DNA of 63,716 nucleotides, counting the filler, from Licmophora abbreviata (lineage: Eukaryota), in the NCBI GenBank assembly GCA_900291995.1. It is 9 parts of 9 records of this genome, joined end to end, with 100 filler letters (N's around TTAATTAATTAA, not from the genome) between each part and the next. Parts side by side here need not be neighbours in the genome. Positions count along the whole stretch, not along the records: positions 19,589 to 27,979 come from OLMU01001680.1; positions 28,080 to 34,569 come from OLMU01001681.1; 7 more parts are not named here. The stretch is one strand, 5' to 3'. The translations under genes and the position numbers were made by a program. This document shows, one piece after another, positions 21,909 to 33,625 of the stretch (positions within the stretch are counted from its first letter, which is position 1; every line of letters begins with the position of its first letter). A model generated the notes under the pieces. It saw only the letters and a program-made list of their open reading frames with translations, made no database searches and was not told the DNA's origin.

Positions 21909-24900
21909 CTACCTTGATCTTGAGACCCGTACCTCAACAGAGATGACATCGCGGTCTATGGCAAGTTCCCATTCACCACCTCTTACGTCTCGGCACCCAA
22001 GCTCTGCTGTCACAACATACACTCCTTCGTCGATTAAACCAGGTAGATCGAGTTGAAAGAAAAATCTTCCCCCGTGTAGAAGTGGCCCGTCGTCGGATGA
22101 AAGTACGGGGGCGAACGATCGACCAGGCATCATGCTCACCATTTTGTCCTCTCCGTCGTCTCCGCCTCCATCGTCTTCAACGTGCAGGGGGCGATGAAAG
22201 GCTATCTTTGACCAGACTACGACTCGCTGAAAAGAGAGAGTGGCTGACTGGGATATTCCCATCGGCAGAATCCCACGAGCGTTTAGCTCCAATGGTACAC
22301 CGGGATAGACGACAAGCGACTCCCCCCTGTCGAGTTTCTCGTCCGTCGCTTGGTCACTTCCCGGAGAAAGCCGAAGCTGCGACGGCTGGCGACGCGACCT
22401 GAGGGCAAAGTCGACAGGTATAGGTGGTGGCGTCCGAAGAACGGCATCGAGAATGTCGGCCATTGCCGCCGCTCGATCTGAACGATTCATTGATGGCTCA
22501 AGCTCCTTCAAGACAAGATCTTGCAGTTTGTTGAGCAGCATCATCGACGGGAGCAATTGATCGCCTCTCGGCTCAAGCCCTTGTACCGCGTCATCGATGT
22601 TTCTCTTCGCCCCAGATTTCTCTAATAGCAACTTGTGGGATGTTCTTCCTATCCAGCCGCAAATGGAATGGCATGTTCGCAGCGAACTGCGCGACTGCTG
22701 GCGAAGAAATAGCCCGTGGCGCTTGTAGACGGCGTGAAAGCGAGAAGCAAGAATGTAAAAGCACTTCTGAACCTTTCGGAGATGGAGACCAGTGCGTGTA
22801 TTCAGCTTCGGCGTTGCATTCATCAACCGAATCTCCCTGCTTATGTAGCGCAGCGCCAGACAAAGTTCAAGAAAATCAACACGGAGCCTCAAGAAATCCA
22901 CTTGAAAGGAAAATCCATCGCCAAAAGAACTGAGAGATCTGATGGCTTCCAATCGCGACAGGGCAGATGCGAGTTGAGTCAAGCCAAATGTGAGCCCATC
23001 GGGGCCACGGAGCACAGATCCCTCGCCTGCTGCGAATGTCGAAAGTGTGCTCAGCCACGAGTATGACTCTTCGCTTGATGCCGACGTGGCAGCACTACCA
23101 TATAATCCACAAGCTGCGTCAAAGTTCCCGGTCACCAAAGCGAAGCGTGCCAGTTTGTAGCGGTCCCAGGGGCTCGTGATGCGTTTTTTTGTCAACTCTA
23201 TAACGGCGACCTGCGCGTCCTCGTGGACATCGCATGCCACTAGATACGCTTGTCGACATGCACAAAGAGCTCTCGCGATTTCCATAATGCAAGCTGTGTC
23301 TTCTTCGTCATTCGCAATACTTAATAACACCTTCTGCTTCCATTGCGCGACCAGCGGTTGTGAATTGGCAATCATACTTATCAGTTTACACGCCCTCCGC
23401 TTTTCTTTTGCTTGAGGTTTCTTCTGCAGCACCGATAGAAGTAGATTCATCATGGATATTGCAAATGGTTGCGAGAGTCGAGATAAAGTGGAAACGACTT
23501 CTCGCGTGTCTTTGAGCCGTGTGGCTCCGTGTTCATTCTCCGTGACGAATTCGATACTTTGTCGGACTGCGCTCGCATAGCTTGGCAATTTCTCATTGGG
23601 ACAATACGCACAGGCAACGACAAGCAGCAACGAAGCCGCTTGAACAATGCATTCGTCCGGGCACTGTAGTAGATGTATCGCACACCGAATAACCGACTCT
23701 TGCTCTCGACTGCGTTCTGTCCGCGACTCTTTCACGTCACATTTTATTTCATTGCCTTGATACAGAAGGAAATAGAACAGAGATCGAGCAGAAACAAGGA
23801 GCGAAGCAACGAGGCACCGAGAGGTCGGAATAACATCGTTCTTCGAATCTTTCTCTAGGCCGTTGACATAGTCTTCCAGCGGTCTGACTAGAGATGCGAT
23901 TGATCTTAATGTGAAAGAATCATCAGAGTAGTGCCGAGACTCATTGTACCGGAGAATGAACTGATGAATCAGGGTTCCTCTAGCATTGAGACAACAGACG
24001 TTGTTCGACGACCCAAGCCCATCGGTGCACGTGCACGTAGACCGATCTTCGACAGTGCGCTTGATGAGAAGATCCCAGTCTTCAAAGCTACTGCGCTCTT
24101 CCTTCCGCTGTACTGCTACATTCACTAGAGCACGGTCCGCCCAGCACCCGTCGGCGGGTCTCATCGCCAAAACGCCGAAAGCATAAAGCGCCGCACGCAG
24201 ATGTGGAATAGCGCCCTCAACGAGCTTCGTGTCACCTCGTGGCCAGTCATTCGTGGTATCATATTCGGGAACGACAAGGTGTTCAGCGACTAGTTTCACA
24301 AGCGTCACCCGATGCGCATAGTTTAGTTCAAAGTAGCGGGAAAGTTGCAAGTCGAGAAACTTCTTGGCATGTGCCCACGATATGCTGTCCTTTTCTTCCA
24401 AAACACGAGCCGTAGCCGGAATTGCCTCTGCGGACGCAACGGGTGCAACACACATACTTATGACATGAAGTAAGTCGACTTCGTGTGGGTGTGCCGGTCG
24501 TACGGAGAGGAACGCGCTCAACCCGTTCTGCACAAACGATTGGAACGCACGCTCGCGAGGACCGAACGTAACCGACCCAATCTCGCCAAATGCACCAGCA
24601 TCATAGAATTGAATAGAGTTTTGCAACCTTTCTTCGAGTTCCATTTCGAAGAACAGTTGAAATCGGCTTGCCTGAAGAGATTCGGAGGAGCCCCCGTTGA
24701 CCGCTGGATCCATCAGTGACAGAGAATTCCGCAACACGAAGAACTCGTTTCCAGTCGAAGAAGGAAGTAGAAAAGCAAGAAGGAAAATTGATGAAGCCCT
24801 CCAAACCGTTCCAAGTTCTTCTTCTGTCATGAAAGGAAGAAGCTCCGCTGATTCAGTAAGAAGCTAGTATAAGTCATACCATGATTTCAGGATGCAGACG

Positions 24901-25308
24901 TGATGAGTGCAAGATTACATCGCGAAGTTCAGACGACAACCGTGGAGTCTCAAGAGAAGACTTACGCTTTCCCAGCTTTTTGAACATCCGCCATTATGTG
25001 TAGTGTACTTTACGCGTTTCGAAAAGGCCCCGTCTGTATTGCCCCCATCCCGCCATGGACTTCTATCTGATTGCGCATCGGCAGTGAGAAAGATCTCTTC
25101 ATACAGAGTCCGCCGACACGCCTGCTTCAGTTCGTCCAAAAGTATCCTGATTTCGTTCTTCATCATTCTGATGTTCGAAGCATACAGTGGGGCTTATTTC
25201 ATTGACAAAAGAGACGAGTGAGGCTCCAAAAATCCCAATCCCCAAATCATCATGGTCAGAAGAGCTTTTGGTGAGTTCCAGCGTCGTCACAAAGTCGTCT
25301 CCGCGCAT
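21909..25308 (-). CDS. INTS7: Integrator complex subunit 7-like; intron 24864-24965, probable frameshift near 25190
   Basis: HEAT/ARM-like helical protein with WDRYKLARFALVTGNFDAACGLY, SEESYSWLSTLSTFAAGE and FSFQVDFLRLRVDFL, followed by a C-terminal beta-sandwich. The 5' end is uncertain. Confidence 0.7.
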
Positions 25309-25686
25309 ATGCGCGCTCTAATATCCGATATCATCGTTTGGAGCTCGCTCATCGCGCGTGCACGCCTCGATTCAAATCACAAATCCCGCCTCTTGTTTAG
25401 AAGGTCGCTATTTCCAATGTTCAAATGATCGACTCGTTACTTACGGCTGCGAGGAAACTGCTGCGAGCCAGTAGGAGACAGCATGCTCACCTGCTCCTTC
25501 GCCTTCATCGACGTTCGCTTTTTACACGACATAGGTTTTGTGGAATCAGGAACTTCAAGTGTCTCGCCTGTTGTGTCAAGTCCTCTACCAAACGCCGCGC
25601 ATCGCCGTCCATTTTTTTCTTTTGTCAAGACGCCCGATCAACCCATCACGACATCACGTCACACACCAGCGCCTTGTAGTGCGACG

Positions 25687-27765
25687 ATGACGATGATAGT
25701 ACCGCGACAACCGTGTCTACTCTTTCTGGGTTTCCTGGTCTGCACATCTGCGTTTGGATTTGTTACCCGGAATAGAGAATCATTGTCCTTTGTGGCTCAA
25801 TCTCGTTCTCGGGGCATTCTGTCGCTTTCGGCCAAGAGACGACCGAATGCCGATGGCGAGGTTGGCAGCGGTGACAACTGGATTGAACGGGCATTTCCAG
25901 TCGAGACGGGGGACGGTGACGACGCCGCTGAACTAAAAAAAGTCGAGGATTATAATCTTGGGATATCCGGTGAATCGTTTGGCACGGGGCCTCTCAGTCG
26001 AAGAATGTACGATGCCATCATGCAAGCCAATGGAGGTGAAGAGAACATGAGCCCTGAGCTCAGGAAGGGATTCACTTTGTACGCCATGGACTTCACTGCT
26101 AAGGAGGCGACTCGTGCCGCATTGAAAGCGAATGGACTTAACATGACCATCGAACAGAACATGGAAGATGAAGGCATGTGGGGGGAGGTGGACTCCGTTC
26201 AACTGCTTGACCCTGCAACGAATGAACCAATCGGTCCACTGTACGACTCGACCGAGGAATCCATTGAGCAATGGACTCCTGGTCAAGCGTTCAACTTTAT
26301 TGTACGGCAGGTCCCGGCCAAGATACGGGAACTCAGCTTGGAAGAACTTCTAAATTCACTTGACCCGAGTGGCGAGCTCCGACAACAAGCAGAGGAGGCA
26401 AACTGGACTCTGCCCGATGAGGATATCAATTCACTGCAGGATCTAGCAAACGAATCTATTCGAAGAACAAACAGCTCTCCTAAAGAAGCCACCGATGAAT
26501 CACACGCATTTGGAGGCCTCAACAAGAGAGGCTATCAGATTATCAAACGCGGCGAGCTCTCGCGGGATAGTGTAAACGCAGATGGCAGTGAAGGTCACAA
26601 GACCCTTATGCACGTCATGGATGCTCTTGTGTCACATGGAGCTTTAGTTGTTGACCTAACAGATGGAGGGACGACCTACAAAGATGCTTTAAAGATGATG
26701 GCCATGTGGAAGACAGTGGGCGAATTTTTCGAATCAATGGACGGCGACTCATGTCCATCTCTCCCTGGTATGATTTCCGCAATCGATTCGTGCCCATCCG
26801 CTAAAGTGGGATACGCTGACTATGACAGCGGATCGATGCAGTTCCTCGAAACTCGATTCGAGCGAGAGGGTGGAATACTTCCCGCGGAAGCGAAATCGGT
26901 TCTGGGAGAAGGCAACATTCATGTTCTGCGAAATGCATTTGACACAGTTTGTGACGTTGGAAAGGATGTCGCCCGGATAGCCACAGCTGCTGCCAGCACG
27001 GAAGCTGGTGCGTTCGAGGGCCTTGGGAGCAACCAGGATGAAGGCGAGCCCACGCTTTCTGGATTTTCACTGGTGGACTCTGGTGAATCTGGTGCTCGAG
27101 CATCATATTCAGCGGCCCTCATGGTGGATGAAGTGATTGATGACGGAAAGCGACTGGTATCCAAAGAAATCGAGCACTCGGAAGGCCCAGTCAGTATGAC
27201 TCCTCTCCGTCTCTGTCGCTACGCTGACAAATCGAAGCCCGACAGCGAGGACGAGACCGCGACTCCTTTCCGCGAAGTCTTTGGGGCACACACTGATTCG
27301 ACCTTCATCACCGCTATTCCCGTGGCGAACGTCAGCGGGCTAGAGGTGTTCGACGAAGCCGAGAGTAAGTGGTATCGCCCTGAACTCGCTGCCCGTGGCC
27401 ACTGGGAACGAGAACAGGAGAAACGAGGACATGATCCCCGTATGATGAGCGAAACCCTGCCGGGAACCGACGATGGAGAAAAAGCCGTTGAGCTTCCTTG
27501 GCATTGTCGTTACGTAGTTCTTCTGCCGGGCGAGTTTTTGCAGATCGTCACTCGCAACGAAATTTCAGCAGCGGTTCACCGCGTTGTTGCGGTACGAGAT
27601 GCGCCACCTCGACTGAGCGCGCCAATACTGTTGAGAGGTCGCCCAGGCACAAAGCTGAATGTAGAACGATACCTAGGGGAGTTAGACGTTGCTTTGCTCC
27701 AGGAATGCGATGGCATGACAATGGACGAGATCCATGAAGCAAGCCAACCGTCTTCATTTCAATAA
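25687..27765 (+). CDS. Plastid-targeted 2OG-Fe(II) oxygenase (IPNS-like C-terminal domain) with long unknown N-terminal region
   Basis: Signal peptide ending TSA-F; LRLCRY, FGAHTD (HxD), VSGLEV, PGEFLQ, AVHRVV (H), RLS (RxS). Confidence 0.75.
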   Translation: MTMIVPRQPCLLFLGFLVCTSAFGFVTRNRESLSFVAQSRSRGILSLSAKRRPNADGEVGSGDNWIERAFPVETGDGDDAAELKKVEDYNLGISGESFGTGPLSRRMYDAIMQANGGEENMSPELRKGFTLYAMDFTAKEATRAALKANGLNMTIEQNMEDEGMWGEVDSVQLLDPATNEPIGPLYDSTEESIEQWTPGQAFNFIVRQVPAKIRELSLEELLNSLDPSGELRQQAEEANWTLPDEDINSLQDLANESIRRTNSSPKEATDESHAFGGLNKRGYQIIKRGELSRDSVNADGSEGHKTLMHVMDALVSHGALVVDLTDGGTTYKDALKMMAMWKTVGEFFESMDGDSCPSLPGMISAIDSCPSAKVGYADYDSGSMQFLETRFEREGGILPAEAKSVLGEGNIHVLRNAFDTVCDVGKDVARIATAAASTEAGAFEGLGSNQDEGEPTLSGFSLVDSGESGARASYSAALMVDEVIDDGKRLVSKEIEHSEGPVSMTPLRLCRYADKSKPDSEDETATPFREVFGAHTDSTFITAIPVANVSGLEVFDEAESKWYRPELAARGHWEREQEKRGHDPRMMSETLPGTDDGEKAVELPWHCRYVVLLPGEFLQIVTRNEISAAVHRVVAVRDAPPRLSAPILLRGRPGTKLNVERYLGELDVALLQECDGMTMDEIHEASQPSSFQ

Positions 27766-27979
27766 CAAGGACGTCCCGTTCTATGTAGCTAGAGTTACAA
27801 CAGCTTCCTGGTCCCTCGTTTTGAAAGATAGCAATCTTGTCACTAGTTTAAATGCTGCCTTCTCCTAAAATGGCGAAAAGCCTCTTTTCCTTAGTTCGAT
27901 CAGGATCCGTCACATCATTAGAGAGCTCAGAGCTCGCAAGGGTTGAAGTGGATCCAAAAATTCTCTGCGACGGACAGAC

Positions 27980-28079
27980 NNNNNNNNNNNNNNNNNNNNN
28001 NNNNNNNNNNNNNNNNNNNNNNNTTAATTAATTAANNNNNNNNNNNNNNNNNNNNNNNNNNNNNNNNNNNNNNNNNNNN
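27980..28079. other. Artificial scaffold spacer
   Basis: N44-TTAATTAATTAA-N44. Confidence 0.98.
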
Positions 28080-28177
28080 GTTGACGCTGAAGCCGCGGCG
28101 ACGATCTTTCTTCTCTACATTTCGTTTCGCCATCGTGCATCGCGTTGCTCATGTTGATCAGACCAGAATTGACCCTG

Positions 28178-28972
28178 ATGAGGTATGCGGCAGTATCCCT
28201 GCTCTTGGTTGTGTCGACTTTCGACCGATTCTGTTGGAGTTTGACGCTTCCGGCGCGTGGGAATGTTCTTGAAGCAAGCACGAGCACGCCATCGCCTCGG
28301 TCGTCCCGCCTGGATCAAGAGGTGGCAACTTTGTCAAATGCTTCGTTAGAATCATTAGAAGATGGATCTGAACGAAAGCGAAGGAAATGTCAAGTGTGTC
28401 CTCAGACAGAGCGAGAGGATTTTGAATTGGATCGTCGCGAAGCAGCTTTCGCAATGCTGGGAAGTCTGTGGGCGATTGCAGGGTCAGCTCTCGTGCCGGA
28501 CGCGGCGAACGCTGCGTATGGAGCAGATGCCAAAATCGAAATACCCAACCCCATCGAAACCATGTCACAACGAGTCTCGGGTCAGTGCTTGGTAGAGACG
28601 TTGGGAAACCGAGAGTGTCTCGTCTATCTGGACCCAGCCAACAAGCTATACCAAGGGGCCGACAACACTGTACTGCTGGAGCGAATCGAGCAGGCTTCGG
28701 AGGCACTAGCTACAATTCCAGGCCTGGTTTCATCCAAGAAATGGTCCCAGGTTATTGGTGTACTCACTGGGCCCTTGGGAACGCTGGTACTTACCATGAA
28801 TCAGCTGGGAAAGTTGTCCGAGAACGAAGCGAAGGCGTTGGCCTGTGCTAAGAAGGTCAAAGCCGACATTGTTGCAATTTCGGTAGCGGCAGATCGAAAG
28901 CAAGGCGATGCTGCACTGAAGTCACACAAGGATGCGACAGAGAGTCTAGTTGCTTTTGTAAAATCACTGTAA
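28178..28972 (+). CDS. Thylakoid-lumen PsbQ-like four-helix protein (tripartite presequence)
   Basis: Signal peptide, then twin-Arg Tat signal DRREAAF..hydrophobic..ANA|AYG; C-terminal LATIPGLVSSKKWSQVIGVLTGP helical bundle. Confidence 0.55.
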   Translation: MRYAAVSLLLVVSTFDRFCWSLTLPARGNVLEASTSTPSPRSSRLDQEVATLSNASLESLEDGSERKRRKCQVCPQTEREDFELDRREAAFAMLGSLWAIAGSALVPDAANAAYGADAKIEIPNPIETMSQRVSGQCLVETLGNRECLVYLDPANKLYQGADNTVLLERIEQASEALATIPGLVSSKKWSQVIGVLTGPLGTLVLTMNQLGKLSENEAKALACAKKVKADIVAISVAADRKQGDAALKSHKDATESLVAFVKSL

Positions 28973-28978
28973 ACCGTA

Positions 28979-31728
28979 CTACCTACTAGAAGACCCTCGT
29001 TGTTTCTTTCGTCGTTTCTTTGCGGTTCGTTGATCATTCGATACAGCTGCCGGCCTCCGACCTTGGATGTTCTCCTTGGAGTTGTCCACAACGCAATTCC
29101 TCTCGAACGCATCTATTGCTAGTGCTTGAAGCGTTGGTGCGCTGGTGAGCTGTCGCAGACCCTCCGCGTTCCCGACGCAGATGAGCTGATATTTGGCTCT
29201 CGTCAACGCGACGTTCAAGCGGCGGTCGTCCGTCAAGAAGCCAGCAGCCTGCCTACCGGTACCATCTCCTCGATGGACACTCCGGACAAATGATACAATG
29301 ACAATATCGGCTTCGCAACCCTGGCTTGAATCCACAGTAGCAACGGCCGCCCGTCCAAGTCCAGCCTGTTTGAGTAGCCCTTGAATCAACGAGACTTGCG
29401 CTTGGTAGAATGTAATAACGCGAATCCGATCGATCGAGAACCAATCGCTCCTGTTAGCGCTAGTCGATCGGAGAGATCCTACTAGGTCAATCACTTGATG
29501 CGCTTCGGCAGTGTTGTAGTATGAGCCGGTGCTCCCCTTCTTCTCGGTGCCATCGATGTGTAGATACGTGTACGGACTACCGGACAACAACGCGACGTCG
29601 TTTCGAAAAAGAGGACTAAGAGAATGACACGACGACAAAGAGGTATGAGCGTTGTGGCACAAACTTGGCGACACCGAGAAGACACTCACATACCAATTGA
29701 CGTTTTCCCCATTGGCGAGCTTTCCATTGTAAAACTGCCGACATGGAAACGAACTGATGTCTGGCTTCATTCGGTATTGAATATCCAACATAATGTGATC
29801 CTTTTCAAGGTCATACATGAGTCGTTCATGTAGACTCTTGCTGAGACCCATCCGATCAGCCAGTCGGCTAAACACAGTCGCAGGTAGCTGCATTGGGTCA
29901 CCGACCGCAAGAAGTCGATTCGGCATGAGGTGAAAAGGGATGTACATTTCAGGCTCAGTTGATGCAGCAGCTTCGTCCACAATCAAGTCCTGAACTGGTG
30001 CGGTTGTTTTCATCAATGAGTTTCCAGCACTCGCCAACGTGCAAAAGATAATGTCTGCCGACCGCAAAACTTCGCGAGTCACATCCAACGGGATCAGAGA
30101 GGATATTTGTTTCTCAATACTAACAAGCGCCTCGCGCAAGCCCTGACGAGCTTCGGCGCTAGTACTCTCCGAGCTTGAGAGGGAATCAACAGCCTCGCTC
30201 AGTCTGGCTGTCAGCTCGACGATACGATAATTGGTAGGGGGTCGCAGCAGGCTCTTCACCAACTTCGCACTGAGCCAGCTTACGCGTATCAGAAGTTGTG
30301 CTGATACATTGTTGCCCTCATCGAGTCGACGGCGTATTTCTTTTGACTCCTGAACAAGAGTCTGCCCCCAAGTGTAGGCAAATATCTCGCAAGATGTTCG
30401 AGCAACGTGTGTGTCGTTTTGTCCGTCGTCCAAGAGCTTGTCTTGATCTCCAATCATAACGGCGTTAAATGTGTACGGCGCCTCGCGTCTTATGGACGCC
30501 AAAAAGCGACTGGAAATAACTGAAACTGCTTTGTTGGTTGGTGCACATACCAACAGACGCCGCTTCCCACCGGATGCAAGCGACTCAGCCAAGTATCGAC
30601 ATATTATCGTTATCAGGTTTGTCGTCTTGCCCGTACCGGGAGGCCTGCGAAAACAAAAACTTGTACAGTGAGCCGCGCCTATTGTATCAGGTAACCAAGC
30701 AATTTAGCAGATTGAACGACTTACCCTTGGACAAGCGAGACAGTGTTGGGGGGTGAATTCAAATATGTTCGACAGGCCCGCTCCTGTGTAGGGTTCAGAG
30801 TCGGCAAGCAAAACAATGCAGCCGTGTCGATACTGGGTGATTCATCTTCCTCTTTTTTCTCCTCGTCTAATACCGCAGGACAGTCCTCCTGATCAAAGCG
30901 AATATGAGTTGCTCCCTTCCCTCCCATGAGATGGAGAAGAAATGGTACGTTTCCCGCGTAGTGCAGACATGCCTCAAATTGCCGCATCATGGATATCAGA
31001 GCTGTTACGGGGGTAACCTGCCAGTCCCCGTCGTCACCACTGGCTTCCAAGGGGTCGTAGATCATCAGTGTCAGTGTCGCAGCTGACTCCTCATCGTCGT
31101 ACCGTCTGCCGTCACTCCAACTATCCTTCCGACTGGAAACAACATTTCCCAGTATGACGCGGTCGATGGATCTAGGCCCTGGAGGTATGATCTCATAACA
31201 GGTCCCTGCGCGAATGTGATATTGTTCAGAGAGAGAGAATGCCTTGTCACGCCTGAAAACCAAAATCAGATGCCCACTTTTCTTCTTGGCTTGCATCGAC
31301 TCGAGACGAAGTTGCATTGCATCGCGCGTCGAACTCCCGTCACGCCTAGCCCAACGCCTCGCGAGTGCTTCCGATAAAGCATGTCGAGATTCTTCCATGA
31401 CCAAGGCTGCACGAGACTCAAAATGTGCGTTTTTATTTCTATACAAAGCTTCCAAGCCACCACGAGGCATCGAGAGTCCGAGTCGCCGGCAAATCAATGA
31501 AACCAATCGATCTTGAGCGTCTCTCGATTTGTACGCTTGGGCGAAGTCGCTCGCAGGCGACTTCAAAAGGGAGGCGAAAAATCGTTCCATGGGAGGCATC
31601 TTACGAGGCAGAAAATGGCGATCAGTTTGAGAGGACTCGCCTGGACGCAGTATCCGAGTCCCTGCCTTCTTTCGTGCATTGCGTCGAGCCTGCTCGGCGC
31701 CTCCCACGAATTTTGCACCAGACGACAT
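28979..31728 (-). CDS. Upf1/Sen1-like superfamily 1 helicase; introns 30645-30724 and 29616-29693
   Basis: LNPTQ, spliced Walker A QG|PPGTGKT, CAPTNKAV, DEAA, VGDPMQL, SLHERL, QYRM, TFYQAQ, TVDSSQGCEAD, RRLNVALTRAK. Confidence 0.9.
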
Positions 31729-32121
31729 GGCGGGAACGGAATAATCGAACCCTCTTTCGTCCTTGTACTTCTACCGCTAGTTGTCTCCACCGCTTGAAAC
31801 TCCTATCCTTAAGCCTGCCGCTCTGGCGAAGATAAGCTGCCCATTCACTTCTCAATTCTGCATCGGAGTCATCAGGGTGCCGCGCTGTGGCGTCGCGTGT
31901 TTGTTCGTCAGATTCTTCACAGCGTTGGGGCTTCGCGCCCAGCGAACTCCTCATGGGTCGAGCACAGACACGTTGAACGTCAGAAAGAGTGCTTCCAAGT
32001 TGCACGATCTTTCTTCGATGAACTGAGGCAAGAATATCTTACCTCTGTGTTACTATCCTCATTAGTTATAATCTACAACACTTTCTAATTACATAGCTTC
32101 TTTACTCGGTAGGCAAAAGGC

Positions 32122-33168
32122 TCAACATAAGGAGTGAACGACTCGGTGTATGTATGCGGTCGAATCACCACCCGTCAGCCAACAATATCCATCCACTCGT
32201 TCTACCAGCTCTAACCTGTATTTTCCCGAAGGAATAGCTGGATCTCCCTCGATCGGTTCAATATATCCCTCGAGGGGCAACATGTAGTCTGTCGTTATCA
32301 CGATCGCGCCTGGGCGGAGCTGCCGCCCGATAGCTTTTGCAAGCCGTTCCATAAGATCCGTAGAAAAACAACTCGAAAAGACGAACGCGCAATCGGTATC
32401 GCCTATGAGCTCATATGGGTCGTCGAATGACCCACACCGAAGCTCCACTGGTGCCATCGTCAGCCGCTGTCCGGGAACTGATACACCTGCCGACGAAGTG
32501 TCCGTAGACGGTAATGTTAACGTATCCGTCGCAGCCTCTCCACCACTATGAGGGTAACATGGTTGTAACTTTTCCACAGCAAGCTCATGGATCCCTTCTA
32601 GTAGTTCGATTCCTCGACAAACTTTCCATCCTGGATGGAGAGCTGCCGCCCCTAGCACAAGTCTCCCTGTACCACTTCCCAAATCACAAAAGACGCAGCC
32701 GTCCCAGTTCGATGGAGCGTGAGGCTGATTCTCGTAGAAATACCAATGCGCCTTATCCAGTAATTGCGCGAAAAAGTGAAAGTCAAACTCGCCATATGTG
32801 AGATCCATGGGTGGTTCCTCGCCCTTGGACACGTATGCCCAGTAGCCGTCCGTTCGACTCTTGGCGTTGCGAATGTGCAGCTCTTGCGACGGATAGATTC
32901 GATCCAGTCTTGTTAAGACGGATTCATACGAGACTCCTGAGAGCGAAAACGCATTGGGATCGACGTGAGGATTGACTTGGGGGACTGCGTCTTGAGAAGA
33001 GGCCTGCAGCAGCATGTCGACGGTGCCGTCAGTAAAAGCTCCATGCTGTGCTCGACCCCCGACAAACGAGGATCGCAATGCATCAGAAACCGCGAGCATA
33101 AAGACAAACAAGAGCACATTCAAGGGAATCATTCTGTTTATCATTAAAGCTGCAGCGTATATCCACAT
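32122..33168 (-). CDS. DOT1-like class I SAM-dependent methyltransferase with N-terminal signal peptide (start uncertain)
   Basis: LTYGEF, FCDLGSGTGRLV, RGIELL, GSF, LRPGAIVITTD; hydrophobic N-terminus. Confidence 0.7.
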   Translation of the reverse strand: MWIYAAALMINRMIPLNVLLFVFMLAVSDALRSSFVGGRAQHGAFTDGTVDMLLQASSQDAVPQVNPHVDPNAFSLSGVSYESVLTRLDRIYPSQELHIRNAKSRTDGYWAYVSKGEEPPMDLTYGEFDFHFFAQLLDKAHWYFYENQPHAPSNWDGCVFCDLGSGTGRLVLGAAALHPGWKVCRGIELLEGIHELAVEKLQPCYPHSGGEAATDTLTLPSTDTSSAGVSVPGQRLTMAPVELRCGSFDDPYELIGDTDCAFVFSSCFSTDLMERLAKAIGRQLRPGAIVITTDYMLPLEGYIEPIEGDPAIPSGKYRLELVERVDGYCWLTGGDSTAYIHRVVHSLC

Positions 33169-33625
33169 GACGAGAATGACGATGGATAGGAACACAAAGT
33201 GACCAGCACATCACCACACAGTGGGATGTGATGATGAGATGTGTCTGCACCGCGTCCGGCGTCCGCGCCATTTTCCCGTACATCAGTATTGTGCGGCACT
33301 GGTATCATAGACCGGCGGCATGAAACATATTACCTCGAACAGGTAGATAAGACCTTCTGCATTGCGTTGATAGAGTAATTGAGCAGTCGTGGCGTTAGTC
33401 TGCTCACAGAAACCCAGAGTTGATGCGCTTTCAATAAGAGTTAACCAATATCATATTGAATATTGGTTAGCTAGCTAGCTTACTGTCGGGGTTGTCTGAG
33501 CGAACAACGCTCTATCTCTCGTCTACTTCTTACTTGATTTTTTCTATATCTTTCTCATGAACATCTTCTGACTCAAGAGCGCGGGAGCCAATTCACATAG
33601 CAACAACAAATCAACTCTTACAAAT

